Part shown: one piece after another, positions 57,301 to 64,000 of the stretch
Layout of the letters: each line of letters begins with the position of its first letter
Numbering within the stretch: position 1 is the first letter of the stretch
DNA from: a virus
Lineage: Duplodnaviria > Heunggongvirae > Uroviricota > Caudoviricetes
IMG/VR virus record: IMGVR_UViG_3300048574_000421
Strand: one strand, 5' to 3'
DNA: 64,000 nt
Program-made: the position numbers and the translations under genes
The notes under the pieces: generated by a model
Told to the model about the DNA's origin: nothing
Database searches by the model: none
Seen by the model: only the letters and a program-made list of their open reading frames with translations

Positions 57301-59298
57301 ATCAATTTCTAGTCTTATAAAATAGTTTTCAGATAAATTAACTGTAGCAGAAATATCTACAGTACTTGTATATTTCGCTGTAGTTGTTACTCCTTCAGGA
57401 TACAACTTATACATTATCTCTTTAATACCAGAAGGATCAGTAGCTGCAATACTTATCTCAGGTGATGTTTTGTACCACCCATTATTTCCATCAATATGAA
57501 AACTTTCATAAATATATGTATCTGGTCCTGCAGTATCAATAAGAATTCTTATATAGTTAGTTTTTACAACTTCAATATTACCTGCAAGATCAACAGAAAA
57601 ATATTTTACTGTGTAAAATCCTGTTTCTGTTATTGTAACAAATGATCCTGAAGTAGAGCTTGTCGTAGGTGTCGTTCCATCTAGTGTATAATAAGTTTTA
57701 TATACGCCAGAAAAAAGATCTGATGTATAAAAATTAATTGTAGTAACACCTTTATGTGTTCCTGGTGTTATATCATCTTGCGTTACAGGTGGTTGTGTAT
57801 CATACTTAAAAAATGAAGTTTGTATATCTTCTATATTTCCAGCAACATCTTCAGAATAATACTGTACTGTATATATTCCTTCACTAGGTAATGAAAACGA
57901 AAAAGGTAAATCACTAACATCAATCTCAATAAAGCTTGCAGAGTTTATTCTATAAAAAGTCTTTAATACACCTGAACAAGGTAGATTATTAGTGCCAAGA
58001 GGATCTGTCGCATTCAAAGTTATTACAGGATTTGATTGATACCAACCATTTTCATTTGGCAAAATGTTAGCAGTACAACTTGTTACAGGTGGTACATCAT
58101 CAAGTCTTAAATAATCTGTTTTTATTTGTTCAATGTTACCATTATTGTCTACAGAGAAAAATTTTATTGGTATTTCGCCCTGTCCAACAAACGGAAATCT
58201 TGTAACATTGTTAGGACGATTTGGACCAAAAGATGATGACGTATTAGGATCAGAGCCATCTATAGTGTAATATGTTCTAAACACACCAGAAGGAGTGTCA
58301 TGTTCTGTATTTGCATAGTCTACAGCAGTAAGTTCAACAATAGCACTTGGACGTCTATTCCAACTTTGACAAAAACTTATGTTACTTGTTGTTACAGGAG
58401 GCGTTGTATCTGTCAAACCTCCTGGAACTTGTACTATTGTTATTGTTATGGGAAGTGATGTTCCTGTTGCACCATGATTATCTGTTGCAACAGCAGTAAG
58501 TATGTGTGTTCCTATTGTCAAACCAGATAAAACAAAGCTATAAGGAGCATATAGATCTTCTCCTATTTTTACTGAATCAACAAAAAACTCTACTTTTTCT
58601 ACTGTACCATCAGAATCTGTCGTATTTGCTCTTACAAGAATATTTGCACCGTAAGCAAATTGAGCACCATCAAAGGGTAAAGTTATTGTGCAAGTTGGAT
58701 CAGAATTTACTATAACATGAACTGGTAATGAAGTTGCTGTTTCATATGCATCATTTGTAGCTACAGCAGTAAGTGTTTTAAATCCACTTGAGACACCTGT
58801 TAAAGTAACAATATAAGGTTCAGATATAGCATAGCCTACGCTCTCAGGTCCTGAACCTTGATCCATAAAAAACTCTACATTTAAAATAGTATGACCTGGC
58901 GTTACTTCAGCTTCAATTGGGAAAGTCGCTGGTACAGTAGTGAAAATTGTACCTTCAGCTGGAGACACTATGTCACATTCAAACACAGCACTTACAACTT
59001 CAACAAAAACAGGTGTTGATGTCGTAATTGCACCAAACTCGTTTGTGACTTTTGCAGTTAAAGCATAAGAGCCTTCTGTCACACTTGGTATGGTCCAAGT
59101 ATAAGGAGCAGTCGGGTCTTCTCCTACTTTCACACCGTCAAGAAAAAACTCTACAAGAGTTACAGTTGCAAATTCTGATGTTGTTTCTACATTTATAGTA
59201 ATATCAGAAGGCGATGTTTGAAAAACATAACCATTTGTAGGCGACGTTATTGTACAATGTGATGCCATCCATTGAAAAATTGGATAAATGTCTGCCAT
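51304..59298 (-). CDS. giant repeat-containing tail fibre/adhesin (2664 aa)
   Basis: Three N-terminal tandem Ig-like repeats (VEFFLDGVKVGEDPTAPY, VEFFMDQGSGPESVGY, VEFFVDSVKIGEDLYAPY). These are followed by about ten repeats with the chitobiase/hexosaminidase C-terminal-domain-like signature (YYTxDG(S/T)DPxxSS ... Y(T/D)VxY(F/Y)S(V/I)DxAGNxE). Confidence 0.8.
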   Translation of the reverse strand: MADIYPIFQWMASHCTITSPTNGYVFQTSPSDITINVETTSEFATVTLVEFFLDGVKVGEDPTAPYTWTIPSVTEGSYALTAKVTNEFGAITTSTPVFVEVVSAVFECDIVSPAEGTIFTTVPATFPIEAEVTPGHTILNVEFFMDQGSGPESVGYAISEPYIVTLTGVSSGFKTLTAVATNDAYETATSLPVHVIVNSDPTCTITLPFDGAQFAYGANILVRANTTDSDGTVEKVEFFVDSVKIGEDLYAPYSFVLSGLTIGTHILTAVATDNHGATGTSLPITITIVQVPGGLTDTTPPVTTSNISFCQSWNRRPSAIVELTAVDYANTEHDTPSGVFRTYYTIDGSDPNTSSSFGPNRPNNVTRFPFVGQGEIPIKFFSVDNNGNIEQIKTDYLRLDDVPPVTSCTANILPNENGWYQSNPVITLNATDPLGTNNLPCSGVLKTFYRINSASFIEIDVSDLPFSFSLPSEGIYTVQYYSEDVAGNIEDIQTSFFKYDTQPPVTQDDITPGTHKGVTTINFYTSDLFSGVYKTYYTLDGTTPTTSSTSGSFVTITETGFYTVKYFSVDLAGNIEVVKTNYIRILIDTAGPDTYIYESFHIDGNNGWYKTSPEISIAATDPSGIKEIMYKLYPEGVTTTAKYTSTVDISATVNLSENYFIRLEIDQSGQFFEVDLRGVIPFQTTITEIIGAINSITGENIASETGPDGLSGNGYVTLTSPTAGTGSSTSEIRFLPVLSNDATQEVFGQNALLLSPFTETVVFVPYTVPFTIPADNFWQIEYYSVDNDDNQSQIASKRYKLDSENPVTSVNNSFEPDGNNGWYITNPIITLSTEDNLSGVYRTYYRWDETCWQEYVVGTEIQIPNQGEHYLEIYSIDYAGNEEDHQRILYKFDYTNPVTSDDTINFQGIIFTTRGSGHQQVIDENPVVIDPYHVKVKKPNVVAVPRFFNITKSQEYVFVQATGVDKDEIEVLPIIRNENSTRLGDFNIQLLGLGSSVLSSFDDVLRVYNKTKSCSYSINRNLSTQDGNLVLIGTQQIDLGDRLEVDYKFSGIPLSFGDVIDIAYAYDISHDPQVSSSVNYSLIDPQYQPYVIDYDVVVHLFPTDVSSYIEHTYYSLDYDENLLPEDAFELATWVEGTVIELSLSDTYKIFYYSVDAAGNTEAVKKAQFEVTIDKREPDLQLEFVTDPLENGENGWFKYNFDLNVELWSSDRVNRIDEDVVEANTHIVVTAQNDTIDFEEVIGVPLVATITAGTYTSQQLATEIQNRLNDVGTFNYVVSLAESSVSEGYSFKIETNPTNNFNLLWATGVNKLRSIGNTIGFGSTNPDYLPVDKTSNHIYSSTYYKFKLANQFVKTVECVKTSISKKQFVCVEILQGSDGFYDEILVTGPIANSIPLVIDVNQNLDISQSLPTDYLSNVPMSGTLVVTRNSIPLIQDTDYVFDGSRVVTILSPLSGAVYVAHYSLKDKVLVDYTHYIGIEKVALGLESTSLITEVQVYNDVSKFVDMSNDRVNYLVHFSRTLEQFYSQDGLHSVYAQVYDNNTVLGTGVPQKQSKIKSIPYKLDRVAPVTTDDAPTTTDWIKAPITILLTPNDVMPGSGVSKTYFTTDGLIPSRVSSEGTTINLGSSGIYDVQYFSVDIAGNEETTKSCGNLLNVDADPPITIINIDPSTPDGENWWYRTQPEISFTVIDVYSGANQTFYRINDDLAFIEYTGVPFLLPVEGAVTITYYSTDNVGNIEQERVSVVKYDITPPETTTDAPLLGYTSHSIINFVVVDTGSGVATTYYTTDGTDPNISSPSGSFVEFSSSGTYTLKFFSIDNAGNIETIKTQVVNIDLEASEVSNFSPVDCIITDSTTQISFQVSDSLSGVNIDSIEIDVDGIVYSTQKNSSYFSYTGTQSLYTVVISPIAQLLNFQDVEILKVKNITDFAGNVTPTLEFNLIKPDLTSPWVRETYPAPNVQDVSTNSNVIAFIDDSQSGVNIKTVVVNINSIDFKINFRNILKVQYTGSASSATLQIYNKSLTTYVDSLKDISISFYESNYNTIKKIELYLNSLPDYSAEIIDARFEQTESTLLLNVGSLDIKQQNIVDFYLPEENLNFSFIERGKGYLVFASPSFSFEHKVPVSVKIYSSDNSNNVMDVFSYVFIPHIYATTSVKKRNYLNRVALEYINDIQQNIASNYSRSKSTNFYGHHKAISLELSRYQDSFNDLDLDRDYDTLRPLYLYEKLGYLLDTKPVTGLSHDDYRRLLLSLISIFFKGSLKSSIEEGVALFLGTDVKIIEVVFTKGSDISDQFVFTADIIINEKFTGVDLVALSNNLTHVFNLVKPAHVFVVQRFSWTDSFDFQAGCVLLWEKDLFGNYVIDQFGNRVPQIAYDGYQAAETQSDTAICDRFKYSFVSRFEEDVREDCSEGLAALETYTDNVSPQFTGSENFFYISRIPVLSDSTHVATTDDIIVTINGSPVVVLSIDPLTGLVVIDTVPIWGDVIEVTYLYNQYFIYRIVTFYLNDPDSVFGGGSEYFYVEDTASDDFNLENNAVDMLIEKRKSIITREIIGRIQIPEVMPHAHVCDKPTLGVALLYVGEPYIGLPYPGSIEEDPTITNPDFPEDFDRISEFREPLILGEFVKKYSIESGKQPDIYFTYLNDTRYRLGAVSITNKMCRIQDVYTVTWS
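53830..58300 (-). repeat. array of about ten CHB_HEX_C-like about 80-aa domain repeats inside the giant fibre (approximate bounds)
   Basis: Recurrent FFSVDNNGNIE / YYSEDVAGNIE / YFSVDLAGNIE / FFSIDNAGNIE strings. The first is located near 58130-58175 and the last near 53835-53861 by matching codons. Confidence 0.5.
58432..59253 (-). repeat. three tandem about 90-aa Ig-like domain repeats at the N-terminus of the giant fibre (coding repeat)
   Basis: Residues about 16-289 repeat the pattern S-P-x-x-G-x-x-F ... VEFFxD ... Y ... T-A-x-A-T-(N/D). Confidence 0.55.
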
Positions 59299-59368
59299 AA
59301 AATTCCCTATTTGTTCGATTACATTTTGTTTCTAATTACAAAACAAGATAAAAACTTTTCAAATTATT

Positions 59369-59767
59369 TTATGATTCTGGTTCGTTCATAAACCAAGTCG
59401 TATTAAAATCCCAGTTTTCAAAAACATCAAGTGTTCCTTTTACTGTCATCACGTTTGTCGTTTTACCAAAACCTTCAACTGAAGTAGAAATACCTGAAGT
59501 TTGTGTATCCCAATAAGATGGGCCCAAACTAATCCATTTTGCATAAAGCGTCAAATCAAATGTTGCAAAAAACGTGCTATACTCGAAATAATCTGTGCCA
59601 GAGCCATCAGGTTGTGTATTCCAGCAATAAAAAAAATAATCATCTTTTACTAAATCACCATGCGGTAAAATAGACACCGATGTTTCTTGCAGATAAGGAC
59701 TATTACTATCTACAGGTGCTGTGCCACTAGTATTACCATTACCTTGATATGTAATTACAATTGCCAT
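59369..59767 (-). CDS. Listeria-Bacteroides repeat domain protein (132 aa)
   Basis: ITYQGNGNTSGTAPVD ... FFYCWNTQPDGSGTDYF ... LTLYAKW fits the about 70-aa Listeria-Bacteroides (InlB B-repeat-like) domain. Confidence 0.55.
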   Translation of the reverse strand: MAIVITYQGNGNTSGTAPVDSNSPYLQETSVSILPHGDLVKDDYFFYCWNTQPDGSGTDYFEYSTFFATFDLTLYAKWISLGPSYWDTQTSGISTSVEGFGKTTNVMTVKGTLDVFENWDFNTTWFMNEPES

Positions 59768-59789
59768 AATTTTCTCTCATTTAATTATT

Positions 59790-61676
59790 TCAACTTATAG
59801 TAGCAACAAGGCCACCATTTATAATACTTGTCCATTTTGCATAAAGTACTATGCTATCATTGCCAACTCTATAATAACTACCTGGGAAAAAATCAATTCC
59901 TGTACCACTTATACTAGTGTTCCATGAGTAAAATACTGCACTTTCTTTTACTAAAGTCCCAGGTGTAAGTATCAAAAAAATGTCCCCTGTAGTGTATTCT
60001 CCTGGGTCGACTGGTACAACACCTCCAGTATTCCCATTGCCTTGATATGTAACTGTGTATAAAGATGTTGCTTCATACGCACCAATACTTGGTGGATTAA
60101 AATAAGGTCTTCCTAAAATATCAAAATTAACACTAGTTTGTAAACCTGAATGATAACATGGACTTGATTGATCTATTGAAAGAGGATCTTGACCAACCCC
60201 TAAAAACAACGGATTTTCAAGGACATTATTTGAGTTTTGAAGATCTGTAATTGCTGATCTAGTAAAATCAATATGTAAATTACTTGGTCCACTTATGAAT
60301 TGAAAAGCATTATTTAAAAAATAAAATTTTTCAAAATCAAGATAAGTATAACTAATTGTTGCACTTGCAATATTATTAAAAGAATTTGCAATCACTGAAC
60401 CTTCAAAAGTTATACTTTCGCCTCCAGTAGTGAATTTCATAATGTCACCACCTGTTACTGCTGCATAAATATCACCATTATAATCTTGACAAACACCAAA
60501 ATAATTTCTTGGGTGTGAATCAATTGCAACATAATCTCCAATACCTTCTAACTGAACATAGACGCCACCACTTTGAACAACAGCAAATATATCGCCATTA
60601 GGAGAAGAATTTATTTGTTTCCATGACCTTGGTGTTTGGTTTAATGGAATGAAAGAAGCTCCATCGTCTTCACTAACATAAATATCACCATTACTAACAC
60701 AAGCGAAGATAATACCATAAGGTGCAACAGTAATTCCACTCCAGTAATTATCAACAATTCCTAAAGAAACAAAAGCTCCAATTCCTCCAGTTTGTTTCCA
60801 TATACCATAAGTTCTAGAACCTTGAGGAAGTTGAACTGAACCATTTGTAAGATACACATCCCCATTAGGAGCCACAGCAATTGCAGATATAGAAATATTA
60901 CTATTAACTACAGCTTGAACTGCGTCAAAATCACCAATTCCATTTGTTTGTTTATAAACACCTGTAGAAGTACAAGCATAAATGTCACCATTAGGTGCAG
61001 CAGCAATTGCACCACTCCAGTTTCTTTGTGTAATAGCTAATGGATTAAAAGTACTTCCACCTGCATCTCTTTTATAAAGATACCCATATGTGGCTATTGA
61101 CACATAAATATTGTTAGATGGATCTACTGCTAATTGTTTCCAGTTTCCTGATGTTTGACCTGTACCTACAAATCTGTCAAGTGGTCCTTCGTCACGTAAA
61201 TAAACAGCATCACCGATAAAGTTTTCAAATGTATTACATGAAACAGAAATGCTTGTTGTTCGACTATTGCAATAGATTGCATTTTGCGTTATATTATTGC
61301 CATTAAATCTACATCTTGAAATATCAAAATTCCCATCACAATAAACAAATAAAGCATCTTCACTATCTGTTAAAAATGAAATATTTTGAATTAACACTCC
61401 ATCAGGGTTTGTACCATAAATAGTACAACTACTCATATTTAATTTATCTGTAAGTGAATCTTGTCCTATCAAACTAGCACCATTAAATGTATACCACATC
61501 CACTCATCAGGTTCGTAAACTTCACCATGGACATAGACAACATCACCAGAAACTAATTCAAAAATAGAATGACCATCTAGTCCAAGAAACAACTCATACA
61601 AAGATATAGCTGCAGTAGCTCTTGAATCGTAAGGATATGTATTTGAGCCTGTTGCTTCTACATAATATGTCGCCAT
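59790..61676 (-). CDS. fibre-associated protein with beta-propeller-like repeats and a C-terminal Listeria-Bacteroides repeat
   Basis: Recurrent (A/S)PNGD(I/V)(Y/F)A blades (APNGDIYACTSTGVYKQ, APNGDVYLTNG, SPNGDIFAVVQSGGVY, DYNGDIYAAVTGGDIMKF). The C-terminus is TVTYQGNGNTGGVVPVD...FYSWNTSISGTGIDFF...VLYAKW. Confidence 0.6.
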   Translation of the reverse strand: MATYYVEATGSNTYPYDSRATAAISLYELFLGLDGHSIFELVSGDVVYVHGEVYEPDEWMWYTFNGASLIGQDSLTDKLNMSSCTIYGTNPDGVLIQNISFLTDSEDALFVYCDGNFDISRCRFNGNNITQNAIYCNSRTTSISVSCNTFENFIGDAVYLRDEGPLDRFVGTGQTSGNWKQLAVDPSNNIYVSIATYGYLYKRDAGGSTFNPLAITQRNWSGAIAAAPNGDIYACTSTGVYKQTNGIGDFDAVQAVVNSNISISAIAVAPNGDVYLTNGSVQLPQGSRTYGIWKQTGGIGAFVSLGIVDNYWSGITVAPYGIIFACVSNGDIYVSEDDGASFIPLNQTPRSWKQINSSPNGDIFAVVQSGGVYVQLEGIGDYVAIDSHPRNYFGVCQDYNGDIYAAVTGGDIMKFTTGGESITFEGSVIANSFNNIASATISYTYLDFEKFYFLNNAFQFISGPSNLHIDFTRSAITDLQNSNNVLENPLFLGVGQDPLSIDQSSPCYHSGLQTSVNFDILGRPYFNPPSIGAYEATSLYTVTYQGNGNTGGVVPVDPGEYTTGDIFLILTPGTLVKESAVFYSWNTSISGTGIDFFPGSYYRVGNDSIVLYAKWTSIINGGLVATIS

Positions 61677-61702
61677 AATTTTTCTACTCTCATATTAGAT
61701 TA

Positions 61703-64000
61703 TTAATCACCTTGTACTTGTATTATCATACCAGAACTATAACATTTATTAACAGGAATTGCAGAATTTTTGCTTCCTGCAAATCCTGCAACAACTATAT
61801 CTTTTTTGGGAGCTTTTATCTCTGCACCTAATCTTGTTATCTGATATTCTGTAGCAATGCTGCCTACTTTGTTACCTGACATACCTAGTTTTGAATAAAT
61901 AGAACTTTCAGTTGGTGAACTTAAATCAAAAGTTGCTAAAATAACATTGTCAACATAGAAGTTCATTTTTACACCAAGTCTCTCACATGTCAAAGAAAAC
62001 TCATGATTTAACATGTTTGCATGACTATAGATAAGTGTCGAAGTTCTTTCGTGCATTGCGTAAATTTCAACTCCACCTGGTAAACTCAAATAATCTTCTC
62101 TATATGACACTACTTTAAAACCTGTAACATCTACTTGTTCATAACTATCAAGTAGAGCACGAGTGACATATGTCAATTCGCTTGCATTACTACCACAATT
62201 TTTTATTGTAAAATCAAAGAACAACTTAAACGTTGTTCTATTCAAAAATAAAACGACACTATCTTGATAATATCTTGGTGGAGCAAAATTTTGTTTCCAC
62301 AAAATATTCATTCCTGAAGTAGAATATGTGGGTGTAAATTCATTTGGATCATGACGTGTTTCTACTTGATTACAAATTATTTCATCTAAAGAACTACAAT
62401 CTGTATCGACAATTAATTTATTTGTTGTTTTGTAAGTTACATTACTTTGAGAGAAACAATTAGTAAAAACACAATAATAAGCTTCTTGAGTAAAACCACT
62501 ACCAGATACACAAAGCACATCACCCAAAGAAAAACATTCTGACATAAAACCGTATAGAAACCCTGCAAAACCACCAACACCTATTGAAGATTCAGCTATT
62601 ACATTACTTAAAGCACCACAACGTTCACAAGTAGACGAGTTAATACTACCCCCAAACCCGCCAATCTGATTACTTACATTATGTACTTCTATGTTACTTC
62701 TTGAGAAACAAAAATCAAAGGTATCATTACTACTTTGACCTATAAACCCACCTACACAACTATAACTTTCATTTACAGATTCGCTTTTTATATCACCAGA
62801 ACTTCGGCAATTAACATAAACACTTGTACTTGAATGTCCGCAAAAACCACCTACCCAAAGACCTCCATTATCAACATCACTTGTCGAATAACAGTTTTCA
62901 AATCTTGATGTAGTGTTTTCACCTACAAAACCTCCTACTCTCGTTCCTCCTCTAAAAATAAAGTCAACATAACTCACCATTCTATTCCATCGACAATCAA
63001 CATTTCCTGTAGAATAACAATTTATTATTGTTGCTGAAATAGAACCTACAAATCCACCAATGTTCTCATTGCCAAGCACACTTCCCGTACTATAACTATC
63101 TCTTAATTCAAAGTTTGAAGAAAAAAAACCAATTAATCCTCCAACATTCAATTCACCTTCGACATTACAAGTAGAATAAAGATTTGAACAGTCGCTTTCA
63201 AGTGAAGAAAAAGAACCTATTAAACCACCTGTCCTATTGTATCCCTTTACAACACCTTGTGAATAACAATTGTTTACTGTTGTGTATAATGAGTTGCCAA
63301 CTAAACCACCTGTATTGTCGCTTCCAGAAATATCTACAGATGTATGACAATTGTTTAAACTTCCATATATGCAATAACCTACAAGACCACCTGCATTAAT
63401 AGGTGAAGAATATAATTGATGTGGCATTATAGTGCATGTTGAATGGCAATTTTCTAATGAAACATCATAACCATAACATGCAAATGTTCCACAATCGACA
63501 TTACTTGTAAGAACAACATCAGCACTACAATTTAAAAAATCCATATGAATACAATTAGTCATATATGCAGATGTCTGAAATGACGATATCACTCCTGAAA
63601 CAAAACAATTGTTAAAAGAACCTCTTTCTGTTGTTCTAACAAGTCTATAACAAGCAATAGCACCTGCATATGAGTAAAAATGTTCATTGCCAGCAGTAAT
63701 ATTTACATCAATCAAATTTATATTAGAGAAATTAGAATTTTCACATATACCAAACAAACCTACATAATACATTGTCTCTCTATCTATATAGAGATTTGTA
63801 ATACTAAATCCGTTTCCATCGTAATTGCCTGCAAAAACATTATGATATGTCGGATTTTCACCTTCTAAAGATGCAATAGGTTTGAATCCTTTTCCTTGAT
63901 CCCAAGTTAAAGTAACAGAAGCATCAATATTTGTTGTTTGAATGTAGTTGTCATGTAAAGCATAGCCAGGAGAACCAATTAATTGTAATTTTTCTATTGA
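61703..64000 (-). CDS. GLUG-motif repeat protein, 5'-partial (the gene continues beyond the right window edge)
   Basis: About ten repeats of about 28 aa (xGG(L/F)(V/I)GxxxxxxxxNCYSxGxVxG). The ORF track starts it at the Met at 63772. Hand translation of 63773-64000 in the same frame has no stop (...SIEKLQLIGSPGYALHDNYIQTTNIDASVTLTWDQGKGFKPIASLEGENPTYHNVFAGNYDGNGFSITNLYIDRETMYYVGLFG...). Confidence 0.65.
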   Translation of the reverse strand, partial: SIEKLQLIGSPGYALHDNYIQTTNIDASVTLTWDQGKGFKPIASLEGENPTYHNVFAGNYDGNGFSITNLYIDRETMYYVGLFGICENSNFSNINLIDVNITAGNEHFYSYAGAIACYRLVRTTERGSFNNCFVSGVISSFQTSAYMTNCIHMDFLNCSADVVLTSNVDCGTFACYGYDVSLENCHSTCTIMPHQLYSSPINAGGLVGYCIYGSLNNCHTSVDISGSDNTGGLVGNSLYTTVNNCYSQGVVKGYNRTGGLIGSFSSLESDCSNLYSTCNVEGELNVGGLIGFFSSNFELRDSYSTGSVLGNENIGGFVGSISATIINCYSTGNVDCRWNRMVSYVDFIFRGGTRVGGFVGENTTSRFENCYSTSDVDNGGLWVGGFCGHSSTSVYVNCRSSGDIKSESVNESYSCVGGFIGQSSNDTFDFCFSRSNIEVHNVSNQIGGFGGSINSSTCERCGALSNVIAESSIGVGGFAGFLYGFMSECFSLGDVLCVSGSGFTQEAYYCVFTNCFSQSNVTYKTTNKLIVDTDCSSLDEIICNQVETRHDPNEFTPTYSTSGMNILWKQNFAPPRYYQDSVVLFLNRTTFKLFFDFTIKNCGSNASELTYVTRALLDSYEQVDVTGFKVVSYREDYLSLPGGVEIYAMHERTSTLIYSHANMLNHEFSLTCERLGVKMNFYVDNVILATFDLSSPTESSIYSKLGMSGNKVGSIATEYQITRLGAEIKAPKKDIVVAGFAGSKNSAIPVNKCYSSGMIIQVQGD
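62540..63690 (-). repeat. GLUG-type tandem coding repeats (approximate bounds)
   Basis: GGLVG / GGLIG / GGFVG / GGFIG / GGFGG / GGFAG recur every 27-30 residues, each followed by NC(Y/H)S. Confidence 0.5.

Noticed and set aside
1-64000. CRISPR array, reverse transcriptase/DGR, integrase or transposase
   Set aside because: No short regularly spaced direct repeats were seen. No YxDD RT motif and no R..H..R..Y recombinase-like ORF was recognised in any translated frame of the track.
1-64000. Alternative genetic code (TAG or TGA reassignment), as in some large AT-rich gut phages
   Set aside because: Standard-code ORFs already tile the window almost gap-free with intact conserved motifs, so no recoding is needed to explain the gene structure.

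Overview
AT-rich window (GC visibly low throughout, roughly 30%) that reads as a contiguous segment of a large tailed dsDNA phage genome, or a very large prophage. Every gene but one is on the minus strand. The gene content is phage-like by recognisable motifs. There is a T4-like replication/recombination set: RecA/UvsX-like recombinase, gp32-like SSB, SbcC/SbcD (gp46/47-like), 5'-3' exonuclease/FEN, DnaB-type helicase plus DnaC-like loader, DnaG-type primase, RuvC-like resolvase, Cas4/RecB-like nuclease, XPD/DinG-like helicase and a UvsW/XPB-like SF2 helicase. There is a transcription pair (sigma-70-like protein plus NusG/KOW protein). A run of very large repeat-rich fibre/adhesin genes includes one of 2664 aa. 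Cellular-type cargo genes are also present: UDP-glucose 4-epimerase, RmlB-like dehydratase, GT2 glycosyltransferase, GNAT, a flotillin/SPFH plus NfeD pair, and a trigger-factor homologue. The most striking sequence-level observations are four. (1) The SF2 helicase gene is interrupted by two inteins, sitting exactly in helicase motif II (DE|CH) and just before motif III (SAT), and each intein carries a DUF559/Vsr-like endonuclease module. (2) A complete tmRNA (ssrA) gene lies in the 760-nt ORF-free gap at 4675-5435. Its 5' end, its PK1 region and its tRNA-like 3' end all match the canonical tmRNA, including the G3:U70 pair. (3) There is a free-standing GIY-YIG/NUMOD3 homing endonuclease. (4) The only plus-strand gene is a HEXXH metallopeptidase sitting divergent to an HTH gene inside the tail-fibre cluster. 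Several rho-independent terminator hairpins and three sub-60-aa ORFs missed by the ORF track are also reported. No CRISPR array, reverse transcriptase, integrase or rRNA was seen. All functional calls are motif-level recognition by eye, because no database search could be run.
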